A stretch of DNA of 32,000 nt from an uncultured Muribaculaceae bacterium (GTDB lineage: Bacteria > Pseudomonadota > Alphaproteobacteria > Rs-D84). Both the position numbers and the translations under genes were made by a program. The notes beneath the pieces were generated by a model. The model was given only the letters and a program-made list of their open reading frames with translations. It was not told the DNA's origin and did not search any database. Below, piece after piece: positions 1 through 8,578 of this stretch (the first letter of the stretch is position 1; the number at the start of each line of letters is the position of its first letter). Location of the stretch: positions 301,101 through 333,100 of the forward strand of contig OZ246409.1 in NCBI GenBank assembly GCA_965231035.1, in the 5' to 3' direction.

Positions 1-1265
1 CCACCACCAGTTCTGAAAATTGTCATCTGGCCATTTGGCATAAATCCAATATAGTCAGCAGATGAATAACCAGAATCCTTACCACCGACAACCTTGGCTA
101 ATAAATCGTCTATATCTCTTGAAAAAGAATTATTTATAACCGTTCCATATCCAGCCAAGTCGAACGAATTTAGTGCTGCTGAACTTGAATCTTCTTCGGT
201 CGAATCGTCCAATATTGAATCAGACTCTGACCCACGATTTATTTTATTATTATAATATTTGCTGGACATCATATTATTACTTGCAGATATCACGGCATTA
301 TTATTTGTTTTGCTCCATAATAATAATCTATCTTCAAGTGAAGTATCTTGTTTCGCATTTATACCATTCTTTGTTATTATCGCAACATTTGTTGGGCGAC
401 CACCCATAACAGAACCACCAGTCAAAGAACGACCTGAAAAACTTAGCGGTGCTTTTGATTCTGTGTTTCGCAATGTTCGCATACCCATATAACCACGTGC
501 CAGCGCAGAATATCCATGCATCATCAATAAATAATTTTGTTTATACACATGATTTGTCGTATCCGTACTGGTACCGGTCATCAATGCGAAATTATCTTTT
601 AAAATACCTGCGGTTGATGGGCTGTAATAATTCAAATTGTTTGTGTAATTCGCGGTTTCCGATGTCGCATTAGGCATAGCGGGACTGTAAGGTAATTGAA
701 AAGACGCAGTTCCACCACCAGGCGTAACATTTGTACAATCACATGTGCCATCTGCTTTACATATTCCAACACTGGTAATTGAACAACGACATTGTTCACC
801 CGAAACACATTTTGTATTATCTGTGCTGGTGGTATTACTATTTCCAGCAGATACAACATCCGTTAACATAAACAGTCCGCCAACAACAACGGCGGCCCCT
901 GCCGCCGCCAACGCTATGCTTTGGGCAGAAGACAGCCCGCTGAACAATCCACCAGATTCTTCTTTTGGTAATTTGTTTTTATATTTTTTAATCTGATAAT
1001 CACACTTCGAAGCGTCTGCACCGTACATTTGTAAAATCTGTGCGGCACGAATATCATTATTCATCAATGCTGTGCAAACAACCGACAAGCCAGTATTATC
1101 AACATAGTTTATATCCGCACCATTATTAACCAGTGCTTGAACCTGCTGAACATCACCATTCTTTGCTGCGGCCAGCAACTGAGCTGCAACCTTGAAATTA
1201 TCCACTGCAAAAGCGGAAAATGGAACAAAAATCAAAGAAAACAACAATAATCTTATGTACTTCAT
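1..1265 (-). CDS. exported ankyrin-repeat protein with Gly/Ala-rich hydrophobic segment and small Cys-rich patch (partial; C-terminus lies beyond window start)
   Basis: Absent from the ORF track because there is no stop inside the window. Hand translation of the minus strand from ATG 1265-1263 gives 421 sense codons with no stop. It reads MKYIRLLLFSLIFVPFSAFA-VDNFKVAAQLLAAAKNGDVQQVQALVNNGADINYVDNTGLSVVCTALMNNDIRAAQILQMYGADAS (two ANK-like repeats) ... SIALAAAGAAVVVGGLFML ... CVSGEQCRCSITSVGICKADGTCDC ... YIGFMPNGQMTIFRTGG. A purine run (GAGAGAG) lies a few nt upstream of the ATG. Confidence 0.75.
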   Translation of the reverse strand, partial: MKYIRLLLFSLIFVPFSAFAVDNFKVAAQLLAAAKNGDVQQVQALVNNGADINYVDNTGLSVVCTALMNNDIRAAQILQMYGADASKCDYQIKKYKNKLPKEESGGLFSGLSSAQSIALAAAGAAVVVGGLFMLTDVVSAGNSNTTSTDNTKCVSGEQCRCSITSVGICKADGTCDCTNVTPGGGTASFQLPYSPAMPNATSETANYTNNLNYYSPSTAGILKDNFALMTGTSTDTTNHVYKQNYLLMMHGYSALARGYMGMRTLRNTESKAPLSFSGRSLTGGSVMGGRPTNVAIITKNGINAKQDTSLEDRLLLWSKTNNNAVISASNNMMSSKYYNNKINRGSESDSILDDSTEEDSSSAALNSFDLAGYGTVINNSFSRDIDDLLAKVVGGKDSGYSSADYIGFMPNGQMTIFRTGG

Positions 1266-1330
1266 GAAAACTCTCTCTGCTAGAGAAAATTTTAACATAA
1301 AAATGTCAAATCTGTCCAGCGGAAAAAATG

Positions 1331-1603
1331 TTATCTTGTATTAAGTTTTTCAGATTGCAATTTTTTCAATATAATATCATCTGTGGTTTTATCCATATCA
1401 AAACCATCAAGCTTTTTTTCAAACTCTTGTTTTCCAAAATTTTTAATTTTATTTTTATCTTCCAACGACTTGTTAAGCAAATCTATTTTTGTTTTACTTA
1501 AATTTTCATCCAAGGCTTGCTTGACATTTAACAAAACAGATAATGCAAACAGAACCACAAAAGAATATTTACCAAAAGTTTTCAATTTCTTTTTATTATA
1601 CAT
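1331..1603 (-). CDS. small exported or membrane-anchored K/E-rich protein (90 aa), unknown function
   Basis: ORF track. N-terminus MYNKKKLKTFGKYSFVVLFALSVLLNVKQA resembles a signal peptide or anchor. The remainder is charged and coiled-coil-like. AAAGGAAGAG Shine-Dalgarno lies just upstream of the ATG. Co-directional with the 1..1265 gene, 65 nt upstream of it. Confidence 0.55.
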   Translation of the reverse strand: MYNKKKLKTFGKYSFVVLFALSVLLNVKQALDENLSKTKIDLLNKSLEDKNKIKNFGKQEFEKKLDGFDMDKTTDDIILKKLQSEKLNTR

Positions 1604-1727
1604 AAGACTCTTCCTTTGATTACTCTGCTATGTATAATAGACAAACACTATAACCGTCAAGCGTTTTTTCAATTTCAAGTCATTTTAAATATATTTTTGT
1701 TTTTCTCTTTTCTGGTGGGGTGTTTTT

Positions 1728-1736
1728 TGATACAAT
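1728..1736 (+). promoter_or_regulatory. candidate extended -10 promoter element (TGATACAAT) for the four-gene plus-strand operon
   Basis: TGATACAAT matches TGnTAnAAT and ends 15 nt upstream of ATG 1752, within the 148-nt divergent intergenic region. Confidence 0.3.
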
Positions 1737-1751
1737 TAACAAACGAGAGAA

Positions 1752-2618
1752 ATGAATAAAAGTTTTGCCTTTTTCATATTTGCATTCAGCTTTGTATTTG
1801 CTGGTTTTTCTGCCGCAAGTGCTTCTTCGTGCTCGATTATGGATTTGAACAGATGTTTGGATTCAGCTTGCGGAATTAATATCAGCTTAAACCCCGGGGC
1901 ACGTTGTCAGCTTTGTGGAACTGCTCAGGCTGGTGCCGCTGATACAAAAGGATTCAAAAGTTTATCTGTTGGTGCATCAAACCGAAACACATTATCTGCA
2001 TCAGATTTACAATCTGCGCCTTCTGACCCGGGATCCAGATACGCATGGGCCAGTGGCGAATGTTTAAAAAAGATTTCTGGTTGTACCGCAGATGATGTAT
2101 CAAATAACTATGACAAATTAATTGAACAATCTTGTCGTGCTGCGGGTGTTAACGCAGAAATGAATTCTTTGGTATCTGCTGCAAACAAACAAAAAAATGC
2201 AAACGTTTGTAATTCAGAAATTCTTTTGTGTATGAATTCTGAAAAACATTGTGGCGCAGATTTTTCAAATTGCAAAACAGATGAAGATTTTAATAAACAT
2301 TTTTCCGTCTGTGCATCAGATACAATTGGATGTGACAATTTTGTAAGTGATATGCGTACAAATATGATTTCACAGCGTGATTCTGCGACATTGGCTTATG
2401 ATAATTCTGTATCCAGTATTGTTAAATCTTATCAAACAAAACGCGAAAGCGGATTGAAATCTGCAACAGATACTTGCACAAACAACAAGGGACGCGAAAG
2501 TTGCATAAAAACCGTTTGCCAGAATAATATGAAAAACAAGTGTGATAGTGATTCTGAAAAATCAATAGCGACATTGTTATGTAAATTTTACGACACAGCT
2601 TGCGGAAGGTTAAAATAA
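1752..2618 (+). CDS. secreted cysteine-rich protein (288 aa, 20 Cys by hand count), unknown family
   Basis: ORF track. Signal-peptide-like MNKSFAFFIFAFSFVFAGFSAASA. Contains C-x6-C modules including CNSEILLCMNSEKHCGADFSNC (nt 2208-2273). First gene of a tightly spaced four-gene operon. Confidence 0.8.
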   Translation: MNKSFAFFIFAFSFVFAGFSAASASSCSIMDLNRCLDSACGINISLNPGARCQLCGTAQAGAADTKGFKSLSVGASNRNTLSASDLQSAPSDPGSRYAWASGECLKKISGCTADDVSNNYDKLIEQSCRAAGVNAEMNSLVSAANKQKNANVCNSEILLCMNSEKHCGADFSNCKTDEDFNKHFSVCASDTIGCDNFVSDMRTNMISQRDSATLAYDNSVSSIVKSYQTKRESGLKSATDTCTNNKGRESCIKTVCQNNMKNKCDSDSEKSIATLLCKFYDTACGRLK

Positions 2619-2621
2619 CAA

Positions 2622-4184
2622 ATGAAATTATACGGTTCAATTTTTACGACTTGTTTTTTGGCTACTGCCTTGGTGTTATCATATAACCCAGCAAACGCCG
2701 CGGTTGTTCAACGTGGATCTGTAACGGCGCGCGCTGCACCACGTGCAAATAATGCTATGCGTATTGCATCAACAACAACTACCAATGATACTGTTGAAGC
2801 AACAGATACAACAGTTGCGGAACTCGAAACAACAGATACAGCAATTGCAGATGCAAATGTAATTGAAAACAAATCTTCTAAATTTGATTCTGTGTTGGGG
2901 GATGTTGGTTCAAATTCAATGGACGTTTCTGCAAAGTCACGCACACAAATGATAATGGATCAACGTGCTGCTTTGGATGCATCAGATACGCAATCCACCA
3001 GCAAAAAAGTTGTTACGACTGCGGGCAGCACTTGCGATACAAATTTGCGTAATTGTATGAAGCAAAAATGCAATAATGATTTTTCAAAATGTTCTGGGGA
3101 CGGCGATACTGATTGGGGAAACAAAATAAATTCTTGCCGTGCCACTTCAAATTGTTCCAGTGAAGAATTTAATTTATTCGCAGATGAAATCAAGGCAGAC
3201 CGAGACTATAATTCAGAAATGGCAAATTATAATCAAACCATTGATTGCGGGAACAGATATAACAGCTGTATAATTTCGCAATGTGGTACAGATTTTTCAA
3301 AATGCCTTTCTAAATCTGTTGCAGATGCTGCGGTGTTGAATTGCACAAAAATCGCAACCGATTGTCAAAGTGCTGATAACGGTTTAACATCCAGGGCTCA
3401 AGAAGTTTTCGGTACACTTCGTAACAACGCCGTAACCCAGACAAAGAAAGATGAAGATCGCCTATATGAACTGCGCAATTTAATGACAGAACAGTGTAAA
3501 AGTTTCGGTGCTTCGTTTGACGAACGCAGTTTGGATTGCGTATTCACAGTAAATCTGTTCGCAAATAATTCTAAAACACCAATGGCATCAAAAAAATTGT
3601 ACGCCGGTGATACATTTGATTGTAACCAGGATTGGTTTGGTATTGATTTAACAACTTATAAAGAAAATGCTTATCGTTTAACACGTTCCCAGACGGCTGC
3701 ATCATCCGCTATGTTGGGTGCAGGATTGGGTGTTGCCGCCGGTGCGATTTCATCGGGTGCAATCAGCCACGCAATTGATACACACAAGGCAGAAAAAGCA
3801 TTAGACGCCGCAAAAGAAAACTCGAATTCCTCAAGTAACAACGAATCAGGTTTATCATCAGTTGATGGAAGCAGCATGAATAAAACAAACACAGAAACTG
3901 AAACCTCTTCAAAAATTGATGTTGAAACAAACCGGGATCAGGTTTTAAAAGATAATGCTAAGATAACAGGAAATAACGCCGAAGCTATGGAAAATATGGA
4001 TAAATCAAGACAAGATTATGAAACCGCCAAGAAAAACAATGATATGATTGGTATGGCAAATGCTGAAGCTAATATGCACGCAGAAGGAAGTAAAGTAAAA
4101 GAAATGGAACATATAGAGGTATCTTCTACACCATCTGCACCAGAAAAAATAGATGCTTCAAAATTATTAGGTGGATCGAAATAA
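2622..4184 (+). CDS. exported cysteine-rich protein with glycine-zipper-like hydrophobic segment and low-complexity tail (520 aa)
   Basis: ORF track. Starts 3 nt after the previous stop. Signal-peptide-like MKLYGSIFTTCFLATALVLSYNPANA. Two units have the pattern C-x6-C-x4-C-x6-C (nt 3033-3092, 3246-3305). Hydrophobic segment AASSAMLGAGLGVAAGAISSGAI lies at nt 3696-3776. The tail is N/S/E/K-rich. Confidence 0.8.
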   Translation: MKLYGSIFTTCFLATALVLSYNPANAAVVQRGSVTARAAPRANNAMRIASTTTTNDTVEATDTTVAELETTDTAIADANVIENKSSKFDSVLGDVGSNSMDVSAKSRTQMIMDQRAALDASDTQSTSKKVVTTAGSTCDTNLRNCMKQKCNNDFSKCSGDGDTDWGNKINSCRATSNCSSEEFNLFADEIKADRDYNSEMANYNQTIDCGNRYNSCIISQCGTDFSKCLSKSVADAAVLNCTKIATDCQSADNGLTSRAQEVFGTLRNNAVTQTKKDEDRLYELRNLMTEQCKSFGASFDERSLDCVFTVNLFANNSKTPMASKKLYAGDTFDCNQDWFGIDLTTYKENAYRLTRSQTAASSAMLGAGLGVAAGAISSGAISHAIDTHKAEKALDAAKENSNSSSNNESGLSSVDGSSMNKTNTETETSSKIDVETNRDQVLKDNAKITGNNAEAMENMDKSRQDYETAKKNNDMIGMANAEANMHAEGSKVKEMEHIEVSSTPSAPEKIDASKLLGGSK

Positions 4185-4187
4185 AAA

Positions 4188-4784
4188 ATGAAAAAAGTAT
4201 TAACAAGTATCTTTTCTATTCTTATATTAACGCCTGCAATCTCTACTGGTTTGTCAGACTACAAAAATTGTAAACTTAACATAGACTCAGAATATTCCAG
4301 AAAAGAACTTTCTTTAGAATCTCAACAGAAACTTGACACATGGATGAAAACGCCCCTAACAGAAGATAGAAAAGGTACATTTAATAGTATTTCATATTCT
4401 TGCCCAGCTGGGACACTTCCTAGCGACTGCTCCGGACAAGGAAAAGATATTTTAAAATCTCTATATGAAAAATATTTAAAACAAATGGAAATTGATGCTG
4501 CTGTGAAAGAAAAATGTACAAACGACACTTCTATTCAGACAGATGTTAAAAAAACAGAAGTTGTGGAAAATTTAAAGAATACTGTTAAAGAGACCAATAC
4601 TGAAAAAAATAGTAACTCAAAAGAAAGCTTCGGCAGCGGTATTAAGAATATGTTCAAATCCGACAAGAAAAAACTAGCAGAGGCAACTCAACAAGCAACA
4701 GATTCAGAAAAACAAGCATTAGAAGAATTTAACACATCTGTTCAAATTGCAAAATCTGAATTTGAAAGAAAACTTGGAATTTAA
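4188..4784 (+). CDS. secreted protein (198 aa, 4 Cys, K/E-rich C-terminal half), unknown function
   Basis: ORF track. Starts 3 nt after the previous stop. Signal-peptide-like MKKVLTSIFSILILTPAISTG. Confidence 0.7.
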   Translation: MKKVLTSIFSILILTPAISTGLSDYKNCKLNIDSEYSRKELSLESQQKLDTWMKTPLTEDRKGTFNSISYSCPAGTLPSDCSGQGKDILKSLYEKYLKQMEIDAAVKEKCTNDTSIQTDVKKTEVVENLKNTVKETNTEKNSNSKESFGSGIKNMFKSDKKKLAEATQQATDSEKQALEEFNTSVQIAKSEFERKLGI

Positions 4785-4796
4785 AGCGGCAATAAT

Positions 4797-6164
4797 ATGA
4801 AGAAACTACTTTTTGTATTTTTATTTTTACTTCCTGTTACTGCTTTTGCAGATGCTTTTGACGACGCTGTGGCAAAATATGAGTCTGATGTCAAAAATGC
4901 AACAAATATATTGAATAGTAAAATCACACAAAATACAAATCTTGTACAACTGTCCACAGATCAAGTAAACGATGATATGAAATCAACTGTCAGAACAGCT
5001 AAAAAGAAATTTAACAAACAGTTAAGTTCCCAAGAAAAAGAAGATGAACAAAAATATCAAGAAAAACAACAAGAAGTAAGTGAACAAACAGATGTTTCAA
5101 ATTCCGCAAATTCATCAAATGTTACAAATCCTGATAAAATTGCCGAGCTTGAAGCCAATGCCAAGGCAATGAAAGATAAAGAAAACTCAACTGCAAATAA
5201 AATGCTGGGGGCGGCAGCCGTTGGCGCAACCGGAATTGGCGGCAGCCAATTGTTGCAAGGTCTGTCCGAAAAAAAATCAGACGATGCAGCCGAACGTGAT
5301 ATGAAAGCTTATCTGGCAACATTTAAATGTGACTATGGTCAGGGACAAAATGTTAACGGTGGCGATAAATCAATCACCCTGCCCGGCGGAAATGTTTTAA
5401 CATCTTATTACACAGAATATAAAACTCTGGCAGCTAATCTTAAAACTACGAAAACTGCTTTGGGATTAACACCTGGAATTGAATCTGAAACATTATTGGA
5501 TAAATCAACCGCAGGGCTTTATGACAATGAATCAACTGGCAAAAAATCTGGTGCTTTTGCCAGCGTATCTGATGCCTTGTCTGGGAATGCAGATGCTAAA
5601 GACGCTTGGAATGCCCAAAAATCCGAAGCATCTAAAAAGGTCACAACTGGTATTGTTGCCGCCGGCGTTGGTATTGTTGGTGGCGCAGTTGGAAATATGT
5701 TGATAAATAAAGATTCCACCAAGGAAAGTTCAGATGTAAATTCTGATGATAAAAAAACAAATGATACAAGTTCTTCTGTGACTTCTTCTGATAAAAGCAA
5801 TGAACAAAAAATATCTTCTGTTACAAATGATAATGTTTCTTTGGATAACACAGATAAAAAAACTAATACTTTTGAAGATTTAGACAAAAAATATAAAGAC
5901 GCAGCAATCAAATTCAAAGAAGCAGACGAATTATATAATAAATTAGCTAATGAAAGTATGAAAAACGGTGGTGTTGTTACTGAAGAATTAGAAGATGCAA
6001 GAATTGCGCGCGACCAAGCAGAGAAAGACCTTGAAACTGCAAAAAGTGAAACTGTTACAGCCAATTCATCTATGAAAGAAATTCAAACTGGAAATAATAC
6101 CTCTGATGATATCTCGAAACTATCTAATAATTCTTCTACTTTGTCATTGCGAGGAATGAAATGA
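4797..6164 (+). CDS. exported coiled-coil/low-complexity protein with two glycine-zipper-like segments (455 aa)
   Basis: ORF track. Signal-peptide-like MKKLLFVFLFLLPVTAFA. Gly-rich hydrophobic segments are MLGAAAVGATGIGGSQLL (nt 5202-5255) and TTGIVAAGVGIVGGAVGNMLI (nt 5643-5705). The last 7 codons and the stop lie inside repeat copy 6141-6166. Confidence 0.75.
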   Translation: MKKLLFVFLFLLPVTAFADAFDDAVAKYESDVKNATNILNSKITQNTNLVQLSTDQVNDDMKSTVRTAKKKFNKQLSSQEKEDEQKYQEKQQEVSEQTDVSNSANSSNVTNPDKIAELEANAKAMKDKENSTANKMLGAAAVGATGIGGSQLLQGLSEKKSDDAAERDMKAYLATFKCDYGQGQNVNGGDKSITLPGGNVLTSYYTEYKTLAANLKTTKTALGLTPGIESETLLDKSTAGLYDNESTGKKSGAFASVSDALSGNADAKDAWNAQKSEASKKVTTGIVAAGVGIVGGAVGNMLINKDSTKESSDVNSDDKKTNDTSSSVTSSDKSNEQKISSVTNDNVSLDNTDKKTNTFEDLDKKYKDAAIKFKEADELYNKLANESMKNGGVVTEELEDARIARDQAEKDLETAKSETVTANSSMKEIQTGNNTSDDISKLSNNSSTLSLRGMK

Positions 6165-6322
6165 TGTATTAACTGGATTGCCACGCTTCGCTCGCAATGA
6201 CAAATTGTTGGGGTTAGTTATAGTTCCAGTTTGTCATTGCGAGGAATAAAATGACGAAGCAATCCAGGTTGATAAAAGAAAAACATATTGACTGGATTGC
6301 CGTGCTTCGCTCGCAATGACAA
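6141..6322. repeat. cluster of four copies of a palindromic 31-37 nt repeat family, in alternating orientation
   Basis: 6141-6166 ttgtcattgcgaggaatgaaatgatg (truncated). 6173-6203 ctggattgccacgcttcgctcgcaatgacaa. 6231-6267 ttgtcattgcgaggaataaaatgacgaagcaatccag. 6292-6322 ctggattgccgtgcttcgctcgcaatgacaa. The termini ttgtcattgcgag/ctcgcaatgacaa and gcaatccag/ctggattgc are reverse complements. Confidence 0.85.
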
Positions 6323-6331
6323 ATCTAAATT

Positions 6332-6357
6332 AAAAACCGCCCATTTGGGCGGTTTTT
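6332..6357. terminator. bidirectional intrinsic terminator between convergent genes
   Basis: aaaaaccgcccatttgggcggttttt: a GC stem ccgccc/gggcgg flanked by an A-run and a T-run. It sits between the stop at 6164 (+) and the stop at 6373 (-). Confidence 0.8.
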
Positions 6358-6372
6358 AACTTTTATACCTTA

Positions 6373-8421
6373 TTATTGGCATGCGCCATAAGATACTGCA
6401 ACTGGATGATTATCTACGCAAGTGCTGCCAGAAACAACACATGCTGTATTTACCAATTGTGTATTGGTTGAATTAACCGGTTTATAATTCAGCTGTGCTG
6501 CTGCGCACTGGTTCAAATCTTTCAGTGTTGCACAAGCATTCTTCCACGAAGTACAATCTGTCGCAGTTGCTGTTGGCATAATTGTATCTGGCAAACGCAG
6601 GTTCCATTTGACATAGAAGTCTTTTAACGAACCAATGCTATAAGATTTACCAAAGTCAACCTTTTGCAATCCGTCACCAACACGACAGTTAATGTTGTTC
6701 TTTTCAACAAAAGATGTGATTGCTGTTGCCAATCCACCTGCGGCGGCACCAGCACCGGCACCAATTGCAGTTGACGCCAACATGTTTGAATCCTCACCCT
6801 GCAATATTGTCAACTGATTCATAACATTTCCCAGTTCTTTTACTTGTTTTCCAAATTCTTCACTATCAACGCAATTATTGTTATTCCCCGAACAATATGG
6901 TTTTATACCATTCTTTTTTGCAAGATTCAAGTTACTGAATGTCATGGCACATTTATCTGTCGATGTTATAACAGTATTATCATTAGAAAGTTTTTTTACC
7001 GTTATTTTAATACTTCTGGTTCCATCATCAGTCAGGTATTTTACCTTATCTTCTGTCAAACTATTATTCATTACTTCACGATCTTTATTATCCTTTGAAA
7101 CTTTGTCAAGCATTGCTTTACTAGTAGTTCCATCGAAAAGTATATCTTTTGCTGTTACATCTATATCTTCGGTATTAGTAATATTTATTGCTGAATTTGT
7201 TGTACCAGTTGTGCATGATTTCAATGCAACTTTTGCTGCTTGGTAATCACTGTAAAGTGTAACTATGGCTTCGCACTGATCGCCAATATATTCATTTACA
7301 ATAATCTGGCTTTCAGAATCCAAGAATTGATTTAAAACAGCGACCTTGCCAGTTGCACGCAATTCCTTATCCAATTCTTTTACCTGATCTTTGTCTTTGC
7401 AGTTAAAGTTACGTTGACCATGGCCGGCCAATGCACCGATACCTGCACCAACCAATGTACCACCACCAACACCAACGACTGATGTGGTCTTGGTCTTGGT
7501 CATCAAACCAAACCCAAACATATCTTTACCACAGTTAAAGCTGCTGCCTGCTGATTTCCAAACTTCGGCCGGTTGATCATTTCCAGCGGCACCAAATAAC
7601 CAACTGTTTTTGATTTGTGAATCTTTGTTGTACGCTGCAACACGAACCAAACATTCACCCTTGACCGCATCCCATCTGGCATAATGTCCACGTTGTGCAT
7701 CAACAGTACCATTATTATTAACCCTTACACCCTGAGGCATATCTTTGGTCAAAGATCCACCAGACTGACTGTTATAAGCACCAACAGTTTGGTTATATTC
7801 TTCTGTGACTTTTCCACCATTCGAAATCGCTGCAAAAGATGAACCATAAGTATTTTTATCCAACAACCAACATGTATTTTCTGCTTGGTTTGGTGTTAAT
7901 CCTGTTTTGCGCAGAACAAAAGAATAATATTCAGGTTGAATCTTGCGAGAGTTATAGTCCCACCAAAAATCAGAAGAAGTAGCATAAACATTTTTGCAAT
8001 TCTTACGAACGTCGCTGATACATTTATCCACCTGGGCATAACACAGACTCATTCCATTAAAGATAGAATTACGCAAATCTTCGTTGAACAAATCGTTTAA
8101 CCCACCAGGAAGTGCACCGTTGTTAATACAAGAAGTAACATCGTTGATGCAATTTTCAACTGTATATTCAGAATTTGCAACACCACCATCTGGACACTTG
8201 GAAACTGTTGTTCCTGTATTCGTTGTAGTATTACCAGTCGCATTGCCAGGAAGAATTGACATTGTTGGCATACGTTGCTGACCTGCTGTATAGGCTGCCC
8301 CACGAACCGGTGCAACATTATAACCCGCACGCCCTGTATCCGCTGCACCTGCAGAACCTAGAACAAAAACTGTACTTGCAGACACAATGGAAAACCCGAA
8401 TTTCTTTAATAAATTGTGCAT
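6373..8421 (-). CDS. exported cysteine-rich protein with two glycine-zipper-like segments (682 aa, 22 Cys by hand count)
   Basis: ORF track. Signal-peptide-like MHNLLKKFGFSIVSASTVFVLGSAGA. AAGGGAGAA Shine-Dalgarno upstream. C-x6-C pairs include CINDVTSC (nt 8128-8151). Gly-rich segments lie at nt 7417-7479 and 6706-6777. Confidence 0.85.
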   Translation of the reverse strand: MHNLLKKFGFSIVSASTVFVLGSAGAADTGRAGYNVAPVRGAAYTAGQQRMPTMSILPGNATGNTTTNTGTTVSKCPDGGVANSEYTVENCINDVTSCINNGALPGGLNDLFNEDLRNSIFNGMSLCYAQVDKCISDVRKNCKNVYATSSDFWWDYNSRKIQPEYYSFVLRKTGLTPNQAENTCWLLDKNTYGSSFAAISNGGKVTEEYNQTVGAYNSQSGGSLTKDMPQGVRVNNNGTVDAQRGHYARWDAVKGECLVRVAAYNKDSQIKNSWLFGAAGNDQPAEVWKSAGSSFNCGKDMFGFGLMTKTKTTSVVGVGGGTLVGAGIGALAGHGQRNFNCKDKDQVKELDKELRATGKVAVLNQFLDSESQIIVNEYIGDQCEAIVTLYSDYQAAKVALKSCTTGTTNSAINITNTEDIDVTAKDILFDGTTSKAMLDKVSKDNKDREVMNNSLTEDKVKYLTDDGTRSIKITVKKLSNDNTVITSTDKCAMTFSNLNLAKKNGIKPYCSGNNNNCVDSEEFGKQVKELGNVMNQLTILQGEDSNMLASTAIGAGAGAAAGGLATAITSFVEKNNINCRVGDGLQKVDFGKSYSIGSLKDFYVKWNLRLPDTIMPTATATDCTSWKNACATLKDLNQCAAAQLNYKPVNSTNTQLVNTACVVSGSTCVDNHPVAVSYGACQ

Positions 8422-8542
8422 TATTTCTCCCTTTAATTGTTTTAATTATAGCACCAAATACACTATAAAAAAAGTATTTTCTGTATAAAAAACAAATTAA
8501 TATTCTGCGGTTTTAATATTTTTTACGTTTTAGTAGTAATAT

Positions 8543-8571
8543 TTGACAAATAAACAAAATTCGTCTATTAT
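8543..8571 (+). promoter_or_regulatory. candidate sigma70-type promoter TTGACA-17 nt-TATTAT
   Basis: TTGACA at 8543-8548, a 17-nt spacer, then TATTAT at 8566-8571. ATG 8579 lies 7 nt after the -10 element, which would give a leaderless or near-leaderless mRNA. Confidence 0.4.
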
Positions 8572-8578
8572 TAAATTG

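Noticed and set aside
5519-6064. 181-aa minus-strand ORF antisense to the 455-aa gene
   Set aside because: It is a low-complexity shadow frame of an S/K/E-rich coding region. It has no start context, whereas the plus-strand gene has a signal peptide and operon context.
8543-8578. TTG start at 8543 for the membrane-protein gene (ORF-track start)
   Set aside because: The TTG is the first half of a consensus TTGACA -35 hexamer and has no SD. ATG 8579 gives a typical MKK... N-terminus. The alternative is kept in the feature note because it cannot be excluded without data.
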